Shown here in pieces: positions 11,473-22,700 of a stretch of DNA of 36,588 nt. The stretch covers positions 1-36,588 of the forward strand of contig MU626450.1 of assembly GCA_025603075.1 (NCBI GenBank), read 5' to 3'. The stretch's first letter is position 1. Each line of letters begins with the position of its first letter. Both the position numbers and the translations under genes were made by a program. Below the pieces are notes generated by a model. The model was given only the letters and a program-made list of their open reading frames with translations. It ran no database searches and had not been told where the DNA came from. The DNA comes from Neoconidiobolus thromboides FSU 785. Taxonomy: Eukaryota > Fungi > Entomophthoromycota.

Positions 11473-11528
11473 GTAATAGCAGGTGTAAAACCAAGAGGAA
11501 GCTCATCTCTGGGTACACCTACAATTAC
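11473..11528 (+). ncRNA. Candidate structured RNA hairpin with H/ACA-like flanking boxes (tentative)
   Basis: GTAAT/ATTAC, AGGTGTA/TACACCT, CC/GG and AGAG/CTCT stems. ATAGCA (ANANNA) lies just 5' of the main stem and ACA just 3' of it. Confidence 0.25.
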
Positions 11529-11767
11529 AATAGTAATCTTGGAAGCATGGAAAAATGGAACGAAGTTTTGAAAATGCATTCTATTTTATCACTTTAGTTA
11601 TTTCATTATAAAAAATAGATGTTGAATAAAGTTCAGATTGGGAATCCGGAAGATTAAAATGAAACAGAATACATGCTATCCAATCAATTTAAATTTAAAT
11701 TTAAAAAGCTCAATAGCAATCAAAAAGGAAAAACTTAAGATTAGTAATTCTTAATTTAACTTCAAAG

Positions 11768-12426
11768 ATGATTACATCACTTTTTAGAATTCAAGCTAGA
11801 AAAGCGCAACTTGCAACATTCACCATTTTAACTCAAACGTTAGCTTTAAATACCTTTAGCAAAGTTTGTTTAATAAATAAAAACTCAATACCATCAGTAT
11901 TTTTAAACCATTGTTACAGTAATAAGGAAGAAATGGGAAGCATTAATAAAAGTGAGGATGAATGGAGAGCAGTGTTATCAAAAGAACAATTCCGAATTCT
12001 GAGAGAAAAAGGAACTGAGCCTGCTGGTAGCGGAGAGTATGATAAATTTTATGAAAAAGGTAATCAATAAAGTACTTAATAAATAGTTTCATCTAATATA
12101 TGAAGGTGTTTATCTATGTGCTGGCTGCGATTCGCCATTATATAAATCTGATTTCAAGTTTAACTCTGGATGCGGTTGGCCAGCCTTTTTTGATGCTCTT
12201 CCAGGTATAACTTTTTTTTCAATATTTATTCATTTCTTACAATAATTTCTAAGGTGCAATTAAGCAACATGAAGATAAATCATTTGGGATGACTAGAATT
12301 GAAATCACTTGCGCTAAATGTGGTGGTCATTTAGGTCACCTTTTCAAAAATGAAGGATTTAATACTCCAAAGAATGAGCGTCACTGTGTAAATAGTGTTA
12401 GTCTTAAATTTAATAATGATTCATAA
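11768..12426 (+). CDS. msrB: Methionine-R-sulfoxide reductase B with probable mitochondrial presequence; 3 exons
   Basis: Introns at 12060-12105 and 12205-12253. The protein reads [24 protein letters not shown]...[12 protein letters not shown]...[12 protein letters not shown]...[17 protein letters not shown]...[10 protein letters not shown], with two CxxC zinc motifs. Confidence 0.95.
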
Positions 12427-12929
12427 GCTTATTTATAATATATATAATACTATATACTGATTTTAATTGTAATTTAATACTGTACTTGATTTTCTGTTTT
12501 TATATTTTATATTATTTAGTTTAAATATAATGATATTTTAAAATAAATAGAGCCCCAGTCATTACTATAGAACTATGATCTAGTTTATTTTATATGCCTT
12601 CTGTGATATAGATTTACAAGGATTTTTTAAAAATAAAATGCAATGCCAAGATAAAAAATATTTTTTACATAAACTAAGTACTATATCATACATTTTATGG
12701 AGATGCTTAATAGCTTTTATTACTTCTACTGCTATACTAATATAGTAGATTAATTTAGAACACGTGAGTGCAATATAAGACTTTTTAACTAAAAGAGTAG
12801 ATAAAATTTTAATTAAAATCGAAAAGTCAGGATTAGTAAAATATTCTCAAGATGTTAGACCAATAAAATTTATCTCAAACTTTAATAATAGATGAAAATA
12901 AATAAATTATATATCCTCTGTTTTTTAAA

Positions 12930-14370
12930 ATGGCCAGTATTAGCATGGAAGAAAAAGTTAACATTAAACCTACAGTACCTTCAAAGTAAAATATCATAGA
13001 ATTTTAGCTATGATCTATAATAGTTATTTTTATTTATAGTTTAGCAACTAAATTAATAAATGGTGCAATAGCCGGAGTAACCGGTACATTAATAATATTC
13101 CCAATTGATATGGTAAAAACAAGATTACAGAACCAAAAAAAAGTTGATGGCAAGTATCCCCATAATGGAGGGTAACTCTAATATTTATTTATTTAAAAAA
13201 AACCTTAACATTAATCAAGTGTCGATTGTTTCCGTAAAATAGTATCAAAGGAGGGTGCAAAAGGGCTATACCGGGGTTTAATACCTAATTTAATAGGTGT
13301 CACCCCAGAAAAAGCAATCAAAGTAAATAACTGTGTAAATTTTTACTTCAATTAATAAAAATAAAAGTTAGCTGTAAATGACCTTACTAGAGAATCATTG
13401 GCAGCTAGATTATCCGTTACTCCAGATGAGCTTCCAATTCAATATGGGATGGTAATACACTTAACTACAACGATAAATCATGTTATAACAAATTTTAGCT
13501 AGCTGGCGCTACAGCAGGGTTCTGTCAGGTAAGCTTAACAAAATTTTCTGATTAAAACTTTAACACAATTTTAATAGGTTATTGGTAATAACTAAAAATG
13601 GTAATGATAACCAAAATATTAATTGAATCATAGCAACCAATCCTATGGAAATTGTAAAAATAAGAATGCAAGTAGCTGGAAGTAATTTAGCACCAGGTGC
13701 TACACGTCCTACTGCAATTCAAATAGTGAAAGATTTAGGATTAAGGGGTATGTACAAAGGAACTGCTGCCACGTTATTAAGGTAATAATTGTTAAACATT
13801 ACTTGTGCTATTTCTTAGTTTTTATTAGAGATGTACCATTTTCTATATTATTTTTCCCCTCTCATGCTTATCTCAAGCAAAAATTTGCTTCTGAAGATGG
13901 TACCACCTCTTTTAGTGCTGTTTTTGGCTCTGGTATTATTGCAGGTAAAGATAAAAGCTGTCAATATAGTTCTTTTTAACTTTTTTTGTAAAAGGTGCAA
14001 TTGCCGCTGCTGCCGTAACCCCTTCAGATGGTAATTTGCTCAATTTGTTCTTGAATATTATTTATTTTATTAGTTATAAAAACACGTCTTCAAGTTGCTG
14101 CTAAATCGGGCGATGTTGTATATACTGGATATTGGAATTGTTTAAAGTAGTAGAAATATACGACTTTTATTTATTTATTAACTCATTTAAAATAGAACAA
14201 TTGTTGCAACTGAAGGACCAAGTGCATTGTTTAGAGGAGCAGGTGCAAGGGCTTTAATTGTTGCGGTAAGTTTTTGAATATTTAGTATAATTAATTAATT
14301 CCTTCTTTAGCCCCTCTTTGGTATTGCACTTCTCACTTATGAAGTTCAACAAAAATTATTTAAAAAATAG
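12930..14370 (+). CDS. Mitochondrial carrier (SLC25), glutamate or aspartate-glutamate carrier family without EF-hand domain; 12 exons, 304 aa
   Basis: Eleven GT-AG introns: 12986-13039, 13172-13219, 13323-13367, 13452-13498, 13529-13577, 13585-13633, 13782-13828, 13945-13994, 14031-14073, 14147-14195, 14266-14310. They leave a 915-nt open frame with three PxD/ExxKxRxQ signatures, PEKAIKLAVND and RDVPFS. Confidence 0.92.
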
Positions 14371-14677
14371 AATTAGCGATTTTAGTTTATTAAGTTACAA
14401 AAGTAATGATTATAAAATAATTCTTATTCATGACAAGTTAAATAATTGACTAATCAAAATTTACCTTCTAATAAAATTATTGAACTTATAAAATGTATTA
14501 CCTCTATCAAATTATATTTTTAAGCTGGATAGTATAATTATTGTAAATATGTCATAATTTTATTATAATAAACTTTATTTCCATAAACTATTAAACACAA
14601 CCATATAAATTCATAAAAGTACTTTAGTTGGCCTTATGTAAATAGGAGTTAAGTCAAAATTAAATGTCACTTTAAGC

Positions 14678-16054
14678 CTAAGCTGATAATTCAACAGCAA
14701 AAGCAGCAGCAAGACGCGAAAACTGGTGAACATGGTGAAAGGAGATAGTATCTACTGTATCACTAGGAGAGTGAATATTAGGGTTGGATTCGATATCTGG
14801 ATCTTCGATAGGGAAGGCTGATCTAAAGCCATATTTATTCCAAGAAGCATGATCAGAACAAGCATAACCACAGCGGGAATTAACCCATTTAAGGTCAGAG
14901 TACTGATCAATAAGCTTACGTAAAAACGCGCTTAAAGCTGGGTCAGTAAAATCTTCGACAACTGCAATTTGTTCCTTTCTAGCAAAATGCCCTGTCATAT
15001 CAAAGTGCATCATTGCAACTACATTTTTATTTTGATGAGAATATGCTTTAGCAATATCTTGGGAGCCTAACAATCCCGCTTCTTCCCCAGAATACCAATG
15101 GAATTCCAAAGTACGATTTGGCTTAAACCCACCTTCAACTAACACTCTAAAAGCATCATAAATTGAGGTACTTCCAGAACCATCATCATCTGCACCTGGT
15201 GCTCTACCAAACCATGGTATCCATTGGTTGACTGAATCTTGATGTGCTCCAACAACTATAATTTCATCTTTCTTGTCGCTACCTTCAAATCTAGCAATAA
15301 TACTAGATTGTGGCCAAGAATGTTTAAAATAATCCAAAGTAATCTTAACACCATCCTTTTTCTTTAATACTTCATTTAAAGAATCAAATATAAAGTGACT
15401 AGAATCTACACCAGATTTAGAACGATAATAGCGGGTGTAAAAAGAGGTTAATTTAGTTAAAAACCTCTTCATGCTATCTTCTGACAAATTTTCAAGATAG
15501 CCATTCACTTGTCTAATGTGGGTAGGCCCGGTAGGTAATGGAATTTTGTTTTTAATTGCTTTGGCAACTTTAAGATCAAGCTCATCTTCATCAGTGACGT
15601 CAAAATATTTTTCATTAGTTTGAACTTTACGCCAGTAAGCTTCAATAGGAGATAAATCCAGAACTGGCCCATCGTGAGAAAATTTGTACTTTCTTTTAGT
15701 TAACAAAAATTCTTTAGTTTCTGCATCGATGTCAGTTAAACCAGAAAATAAATTCATTTGTTCAGCTAGTTGAATAGTAAAATATTTAAAGTCCTCAAAG
15801 TTATTGACTTCCTTTATAAGGCTTTCGGTTGAGTCAACAACATTCAACTTTAAAGCCTCGATTAATGTACTAAATGGGTACCCTTCCTCTTCCTCCTCTT
15901 CTTGCTCAACTTTCTTTAGTACATGATGTTTTGGAATAACATCTTCGGGGTCTTGGGATTGTATAAAAAAACGAGAGCCCTTTGAGATAGTCGTACCTTG
16001 AATCGAACTTAATGCAATGATTGCATATACACTTAATACCTTTAGAGAAACCAT
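14678..16054 (-). CDS. LAP1: Secreted leucine aminopeptidase, peptidase family M28 (fungal LAP1 type); intronless, 458 aa
   Basis: Signal peptide, pro-region YFDVTD, and zinc-ligand motifs GAHQDS, PGADDDGSG, YSGEEAGLLGS, HFDMTG, CGYACSDHASW and NPNIHS. Confidence 0.93.
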   Translation of the reverse strand: MVSLKVLSVYAIIALSSIQGTTISKGSRFFIQSQDPEDVIPKHHVLKKVEQEEEEEEGYPFSTLIEALKLNVVDSTESLIKEVNNFEDFKYFTIQLAEQMNLFSGLTDIDAETKEFLLTKRKYKFSHDGPVLDLSPIEAYWRKVQTNEKYFDVTDEDELDLKVAKAIKNKIPLPTGPTHIRQVNGYLENLSEDSMKRFLTKLTSFYTRYYRSKSGVDSSHFIFDSLNEVLKKKDGVKITLDYFKHSWPQSSIIARFEGSDKKDEIIVVGAHQDSVNQWIPWFGRAPGADDDGSGSTSIYDAFRVLVEGGFKPNRTLEFHWYSGEEAGLLGSQDIAKAYSHQNKNVVAMMHFDMTGHFARKEQIAVVEDFTDPALSAFLRKLIDQYSDLKWVNSRCGYACSDHASWNKYGFRSAFPIEDPDIESNPNIHSPSDTVDTISFHHVHQFSRLAAAFAVELSA

Positions 16055-16812
16055 TGATAGGGAATAATTTAAAAAATTGCTTTTATTTGGCAGTCACGTT
16101 CAAAGCTTAGCAATACAAGCTGCCAATTATTGTTTATAATTTATTAAAGTGTGAATTGATTGGATAAAATCAAATATGAGTTTTATGAGTATTAAAAAAA
16201 GGATCAAAATATTAAAAATTACGATGTGGCATTTATATTTAGTATAGCCTCTATTATAGCATAATTATAAAGCATTTACTATTATGTCGTATAATATTTA
16301 TGTCTACTTCAGGTATTTAAAGTTATCCGATTTTTTGGGCCCTATATCTTATATAATAATTCTAGTTATTACATAATATTCAAGGTATATTTCATTAAAC
16401 AACAAAGCTATAAATAATATTTTATGTATTAGTTTAAAAGCTTGGTTCAGAATTTGTTCAATTTTGATTTTAGTAAAAATTGCGAATTAGGTATCAAATG
16501 CTACAAAAATAGCTACTTCAATTTTAAGATTAAGTATAAAAGTGTTTTTTTGTTTAGTTGTCTAATATCTTTTTCAAAGTTTTATGCTAAAGAAAATGGT
16601 CTAAAAAAGTGAAGTTAGAAAATTTTATTTTTTTAATTAAGCTTTTAAACTTATCCATATTTGAAAATATTATTTTTAGTGTCAATACTCTGATTCCTTG
16701 TATCAATTTAAAACAACAGTATTTAGACTCCAAAATAATTTATTTTTAAAACAATATTAACTTTTTTAAGTAATAATATAAATATTTGCAATTTATGCAA
16801 GTGAGAAGAAGG

Positions 16813-19800
16813 TTATCTGATGTTTGAGGGAATTCCATAAAGTATTGGTGCAGCACCAATTAAATATTTAAGACGGCAAACTTCTCTAGCTTTAGAAATA
16901 GCCATTGATAAAGAACATTTAGCACCACTATCTCCTTTATGAAAGGGTTGAACTCCCCAATTCTCAAATGTAGCAGCAGTGAAAAGATCAATATCTTTAT
17001 CAGTGACATCCCAAAGATTGCCTAAAACTCCTGTAGAGCCAGCCATAAGATACTGCATTACTGTACCATCAAGGTCGCACTCACCCTCATACTTTAAAAC
17101 TCCTGAAGAGCATCCAAAAATAAGTGCAACAGCACAATTTTGGATTCCTCTCAAATTTTTAGTTGGAAATACATGTTCACTAGAACCATGTCCAATATAC
17201 CTACAAATAAATAAGTAGATAAGAGAGGTTGAAATGCAACTTACGTATAAATATCTTTTTCCTGTAATTTGTTGGCTACGTATTTTTTGTCTGGGATTTT
17301 TCTCTCTGTACCTTCCCAGCCTGTACTAAAACAGAAATTTAAATTAACATTAAAAATAATGAGAAAAAATAATTTTACCATTTGAGTTCAGAAGAAAATC
17401 TATCATAAGTTTTTGGAAGGTTTCTATCGGCATCCAAAATATAGTAACCATTTTTAGAATTAACGACTGGGATACAAACTTCACCTCGATCATTTTTATT
17501 TAAAGTTAACAAAGAGTCTCTTAAGAATGAAAGACATGGTAGTCTAGAAACCGATCTTTCTCTAAGGCTAGGTAAGCTTTCCCATGGTAAAGACTGAGTA
17601 TATTTATCCAAAATTAAAATAAGATGGTCATCATTTTTATCTAGTTGTTCTGGATAATCCAATTCATAAAACTGATTACATACATCTTCAACTTTCCTAT
17701 ACAACTAAATATTTGTTAAAGTTTTTCCGATTTATACTTATATACTAGCTACCTCTTTAAAGCAATTCTCATTAATGTCAAAACAAATCTGAGATTGATC
17801 AACCAACATACCTGACAGCCAAGTGTTAACAAGACTATGTAATAAAGGTTCAGTAATATTTTTCTTAAGCGCTAACACTGTTTTCATTGAACACTCATCT
17901 AAAGTAATTCTTACTCCTGGAAATCTTTCATTCAAAAAGGCATCCCAAAGCCCTTGGATATCATTATAGAAGCAACTGAGTTTATCATTTGTTTCGAATG
18001 GTAAGAAGGTCCCTATAAATCCCTTTAATACATCAGTTTCAAAGTTCCTAAGGAATCTCTCAAGTTTTACGTCCAAGTTTTCCCTTTTAAACCACCATTC
18101 TGCATTATTTACTTTAGAGCGAATATTGCTACTATCTTTAATTATTTTAGTGCTTTCTTGAATAATTAAATGGAATTCTTTCATGAGTTCTTTAAATTTA
18201 TCATGGGGCTGATCTACATAAAAACTATTGAAGTTTAAGTTGTTTTCGCACTTATTATTACCAACATGCAATTTTCTGCCACATTTAATCGGAAAGCGGA
18301 CAAGCAACGGATGTTTGAGATTCGATTCATATCTCTTGATACAAAGTTCATTTGTCTCAGGTAAATAATGAACTGAACATATTCTCCAGTTATAAGGCAA
18401 TGAACTTATAACGCTATTAAAATATTCTTCTGGCTTGAAATTAAATTCATTTTCGTAGCCTTTCAATTTCTCGCTAACTATTTTATCATCCCTTTTATAC
18501 TCCATATTTCTAGAGTCTTCATAAAATTTTGGCCATTTTAAGCTATCAGTATCATTAGCAGTCAAATAGCCTTTTAAATTTTGAATTATTGTAGTTTTCA
18601 AATTGGCACAATTAGTCATCTCTAAAAGGTAACTTATCCAGTAACATGCTTTTGAAGGGTCTAATGTTCTATTATCACCAATTGCCTGTATTGTATGTGC
18701 TAATGCTAGATCCCTAAATCCAAATGAAACATTACCACCGTTGATATCATTAGCATTATGTTTAAAATAATTCATATAGTCTAAAAGAAGCTCTCCAATG
18801 ATATTCTTATCTGTCTCATTTAGAGACAAATAATTTTTTGATGGTTGAGGTTCAATTTGCACCAACAAAGGGAGAGACCAAGCTACTAAATGTTAATAAT
18901 ATGATTCTAGCCTTAAAAGAAAATTACCTTGTGTGAAAAGATTAAATACTTCATGAGTAGAAACGTATCTACTTAAAAAGCTCTTTACATTGTAGTGAAA
19001 TAGCCCTAACTTAATAGTAGGAAATCGATCGGACCCTTTATTCGCCACTTTAGACAAAAATTGAGCCTCTTCCATATTGTTATTTATATGATGAACTGCT
19101 GTATAGACATAAGCCATCAAAACATTTCTTTTTGTTAAATTATCGCTTATATCATTAATGATAGAATTAAAATAATTTTTTGCATCATTGATTTCCAAAC
19201 CCTTTCCAGTGAGGTATTGAAGGTGAATTTTAGAAGCATAATAGCTAGCTTTAATTATATCTCTTTTGCTATAATCACATTCCTCTATAAGGTTAATCTC
19301 ATTTAATAAGTTTTCACTTTCACTAAATCTATTTAAACGAGTACAAACTTGCACTAATATCAATTTAAAATCTCGAGTCCATCTACTTAAATTTAATTCT
19401 TGACTTAATTCAAGTCCTTGTTTGAGATATTGTTCACTGAGAATTAATAAATTTAATTCCAAATTTGCAATCCCAAGGCTGTACCAATTATTTAATGAAG
19501 CCTGTGAAAATTTATTAATATTATACTTGTAGTACACTTTTATAATTATGTTATACCTCTACAATATGTGAATTGGAAAAGATACTCAGAAGTTGAACTA
19601 AGCTTTTAGGTTTTATTCCACTTGTATTTACAAAGTTGTATGGAGGCTTTTGTAAACCATAACTAATACTCTTTAAAATCAAATCATTCAACTGTTCTCC
19701 AGTAGCGTTTACTAGTACGTACTTTTTTTGATCCAAATACTCACCTTGGATTTTTAAATTTACCATAATTAGCGACTGACATTTCAAACTATCTTGTTTA

Positions 19801-22700
19801 ATCTCATTATATATAGAATCAAACTTAAGTAAGCTTTTAACACTTTTTGAGTATTTTCCTTCCATTTTATCATGTTTGCAAAAATTAGTACAGGATATTT
19901 TATACTGGATTAAGGCAAAAACTCTATCAGGGCAAAGCTTGGCTGCGTCACCACAACTACGTACATAATCAACGTTGATAACACCACTATTAGAAATTAC
20001 TTGTGTTTTACTCAACTCATAAAGAAGATCTATCATTTGATCGTATTTATTGAGACCAGTTAAACGCGGAATGAGCTTCTTACATAACGCTCCAATTTTT
20101 AAGATTTGATCTTTAGCTTCTAGTAAACTCAGAACTTTTAATGTATCTTTTAACGCCATAAAAGTGCTATCTATATGATTTTCATATAGCTTACAATCAC
20201 ACGTTTTATGGTCTTTTATGTTACAGTCAAGATTGAACTTTCTGTAAAAACTTTCTATTTCTATTATCCCTTCATCTAGTACATTGAGGTTAATAAACCC
20301 CCTTTTATAAGCATAATTGAAACACAATAGATGGAATTTTCCCTTTAATTCTATTACCCAATCTTTAATATCTTTATCTTTTTTATAATCCTAAATAAAT
20401 GTAAATAAATTATTGGTATTTTAAAATAACTTCATTACGATGCTTACCTTAATATTCAAAAATGCTTCGAATTTTTTAGCCAATAAACCAAATCGACTGT
20501 CATCTGGTTTTGCTTCGATAAGTGAACAAACATAGTTGATCTTGGCAAACATGAATTTACCATATTCAAGGCATAGTAAATTCAGAAAGCTTCTTAGCAT
20601 CAAAACAGGGTGATTACCATTATACGCTTTAAGTAAAATGGTAAGTAGATTATTTCTAACTTTACATATAGGCTCGCTATATTGAGATGAAATCAAATGA
20701 AGTTCATTTTCTATAAAATAACACATTTCTTCATTATTTATAAACGCATCTGTATGGGCTAAACAAAACGATTCATAAACAACGTCAATATTGTATTTGG
20801 ATTTAGTAAGGCTATTCACCTCAATATATCTCTTAAAATATTTATATTTCAATGGGTTGTCATTATTTTGGGTGATAAAAAATGCTGGTTTTACAACAAT
20901 AGATGGGACTGATTTAAAATGCCTTGCGAAAACACCACGGAGTTCATCATACTCCTTACTATTATCATAACACTTAGCTAATAAAGAAAATATTTTTTGT
21001 AACTTATCGATACCAAGACTTTTAAGAGCATCTTTGGCACTAACTGAAATTTCAAAATACTTAGCTGCCGAAGTATAATGGTCTTTCCCTTTGGCAAAAT
21101 ACTCTCCACCCAGAGAGTAAGTTAACCGTGGCAAATGAAACTGTGAACTTTGATCATTATAAATATGAAATACATGATTATATGTACTGAAAATATGATA
21201 AACTGCTTCTAACTCACTGAAAGCAAAATTACGTTTTTTAAACATTTCACATAATGTTCCGAATGTTAAAACCATGGTTTGTTCTAAGCTTGGATCATAT
21301 CCCATTTTAATTACTTTTGCTAAAATTATATTTAAAAATTGTAATACAGTCCCAACCCAAAATTTAATAGCTTCTGTACTAACACCCTTAATATCGTTAA
21401 TTGCATTATACTTAAATACAACATCAATTAATACTCTAAAATTATTACAAAAATTAACTACGTCTTCAGCCTGTATATTTTGTTCCACGAGCCCTTTTTG
21501 AAACTCATTGCTGAACTCGCTATATTCTACTAAATTTTTAGGATGAATCAATTCGCGTATTGAAATGATACGTAGTCCGTAATAAATTGTACTAAGATAC
21601 CAATGCATATATCTACAATAAAAAGTCCGTTGAACCTCTTTCTTGATTTTTACTAAATAATTTTTATTAATGCAATTAAATTGAGCATTAAGATCACCAG
21701 AATTTGCCTCGAAACAGTGTACTAAATATCCAGTCCAATACACTACCATAGAGTTATTTACAGCTGATACTCGATATAATTTGTTTACTAGAGCCATCTT
21801 GTTGTAATTATAAAATTCGCTTATCACACTTAAATGTCTGCGCTCTTTTTTAATAAATAGGTTCCTTCCAATTACTTTTACTGCCTCCACATAAGATCCT
21901 TCAGGGGTATGATAGTTACTTTGCATATAGAAACTGAGGGCTAAATTGCTATAGTTCATACAATCTGAATCTATACCAACCATCCTGATCCTAGAATTCA
22001 CAATTGATGTATATATTGAGTGAAACTTATCCATTAAATCTTTACCCTGTTGTTGCATATTATCAGAATTTATCAATTTTAAACAAAGCTGGTACGGGGT
22101 TCCCGAAGAATCAGTATTATACTCAGAAATACACTTTAGCTCATTCCATTGGTTTGCTTTTAACATACCTTCAAGAATACATGCTTGGATCTGTATAGCA
22201 CATAATACAAGGTTAGGATCAGTTTTATCATCAACGTCAAAATAGAAAGGGTAGCTATTGGCTCTACGTTTTGCTCTTTTTATAGGAGAAATTGAAGATC
22301 CTGATATATGAATCCATTTTTGAAAATTTTCATATTCTGATCTTATTTCATCTAAAGCGAGTTCTGCTTGTCCAGCACAAATCCAAAATGCGAATAGCTT
22401 TATATAAACCTGTAGTAGTATATAGTGATTGGTAGAAATATGTAAGCAAAGAGATTCAACAAAACGATGTAAAAAATTTGTAAGAATATCTTTATTAGCT
22501 TTACTCATATTAGACCTTTGTATTTCTATTACTTCATTAGATACGATTTGTGGAATTTCTTGGACTGAAGTTGAATTAATGTTATTATTGAAATTAAATT
22601 GTATATTTTCAAGGGTTTTTAAGTCCCCGCTGATGGCCCCAATATATGATTGAAGCCTTTTGAGTATTAATTCTACCTTTTCTTTAAATAATAGTAACAT
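16813..22700 (-). CDS. ESP1: Separase (peptidase C50); about 7 exons
   Basis: C-terminal exons give LILDKYTQSLPWESLPSLR, GYYILD, GWEG, YIGHGSS (catalytic His), LIFGCSSG (catalytic Cys) and GNLWDVTDKDID. They join through short introns to the long helical N-terminal ORFs 17738, 18893, 19551 and 20421-22700. Confidence 0.93.

Noticed and set aside
12545-12570. Minus-strand GACTGGGGCTC resembling the RNase MRP/P CR-V motif
   Set aside because: No matching CR-I (GAAAGTCCCC-like) partner upstream to form P4.
16087-16126. TTGGCAG...CTGCCAA inverted repeat upstream of the aminopeptidase
   Set aside because: Only 7 bp with a long spacer, and it does not match PacC (GCCARG) exactly. There is no independent support.
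19526-19556. Apparent ultra-short 31-nt intron in separase
   Set aside because: An alternative in-frame 49-nt GT-AG intron (GTATCT...ATAAAAG) fits the usual size here, so no unusual intron can be claimed without cDNA.
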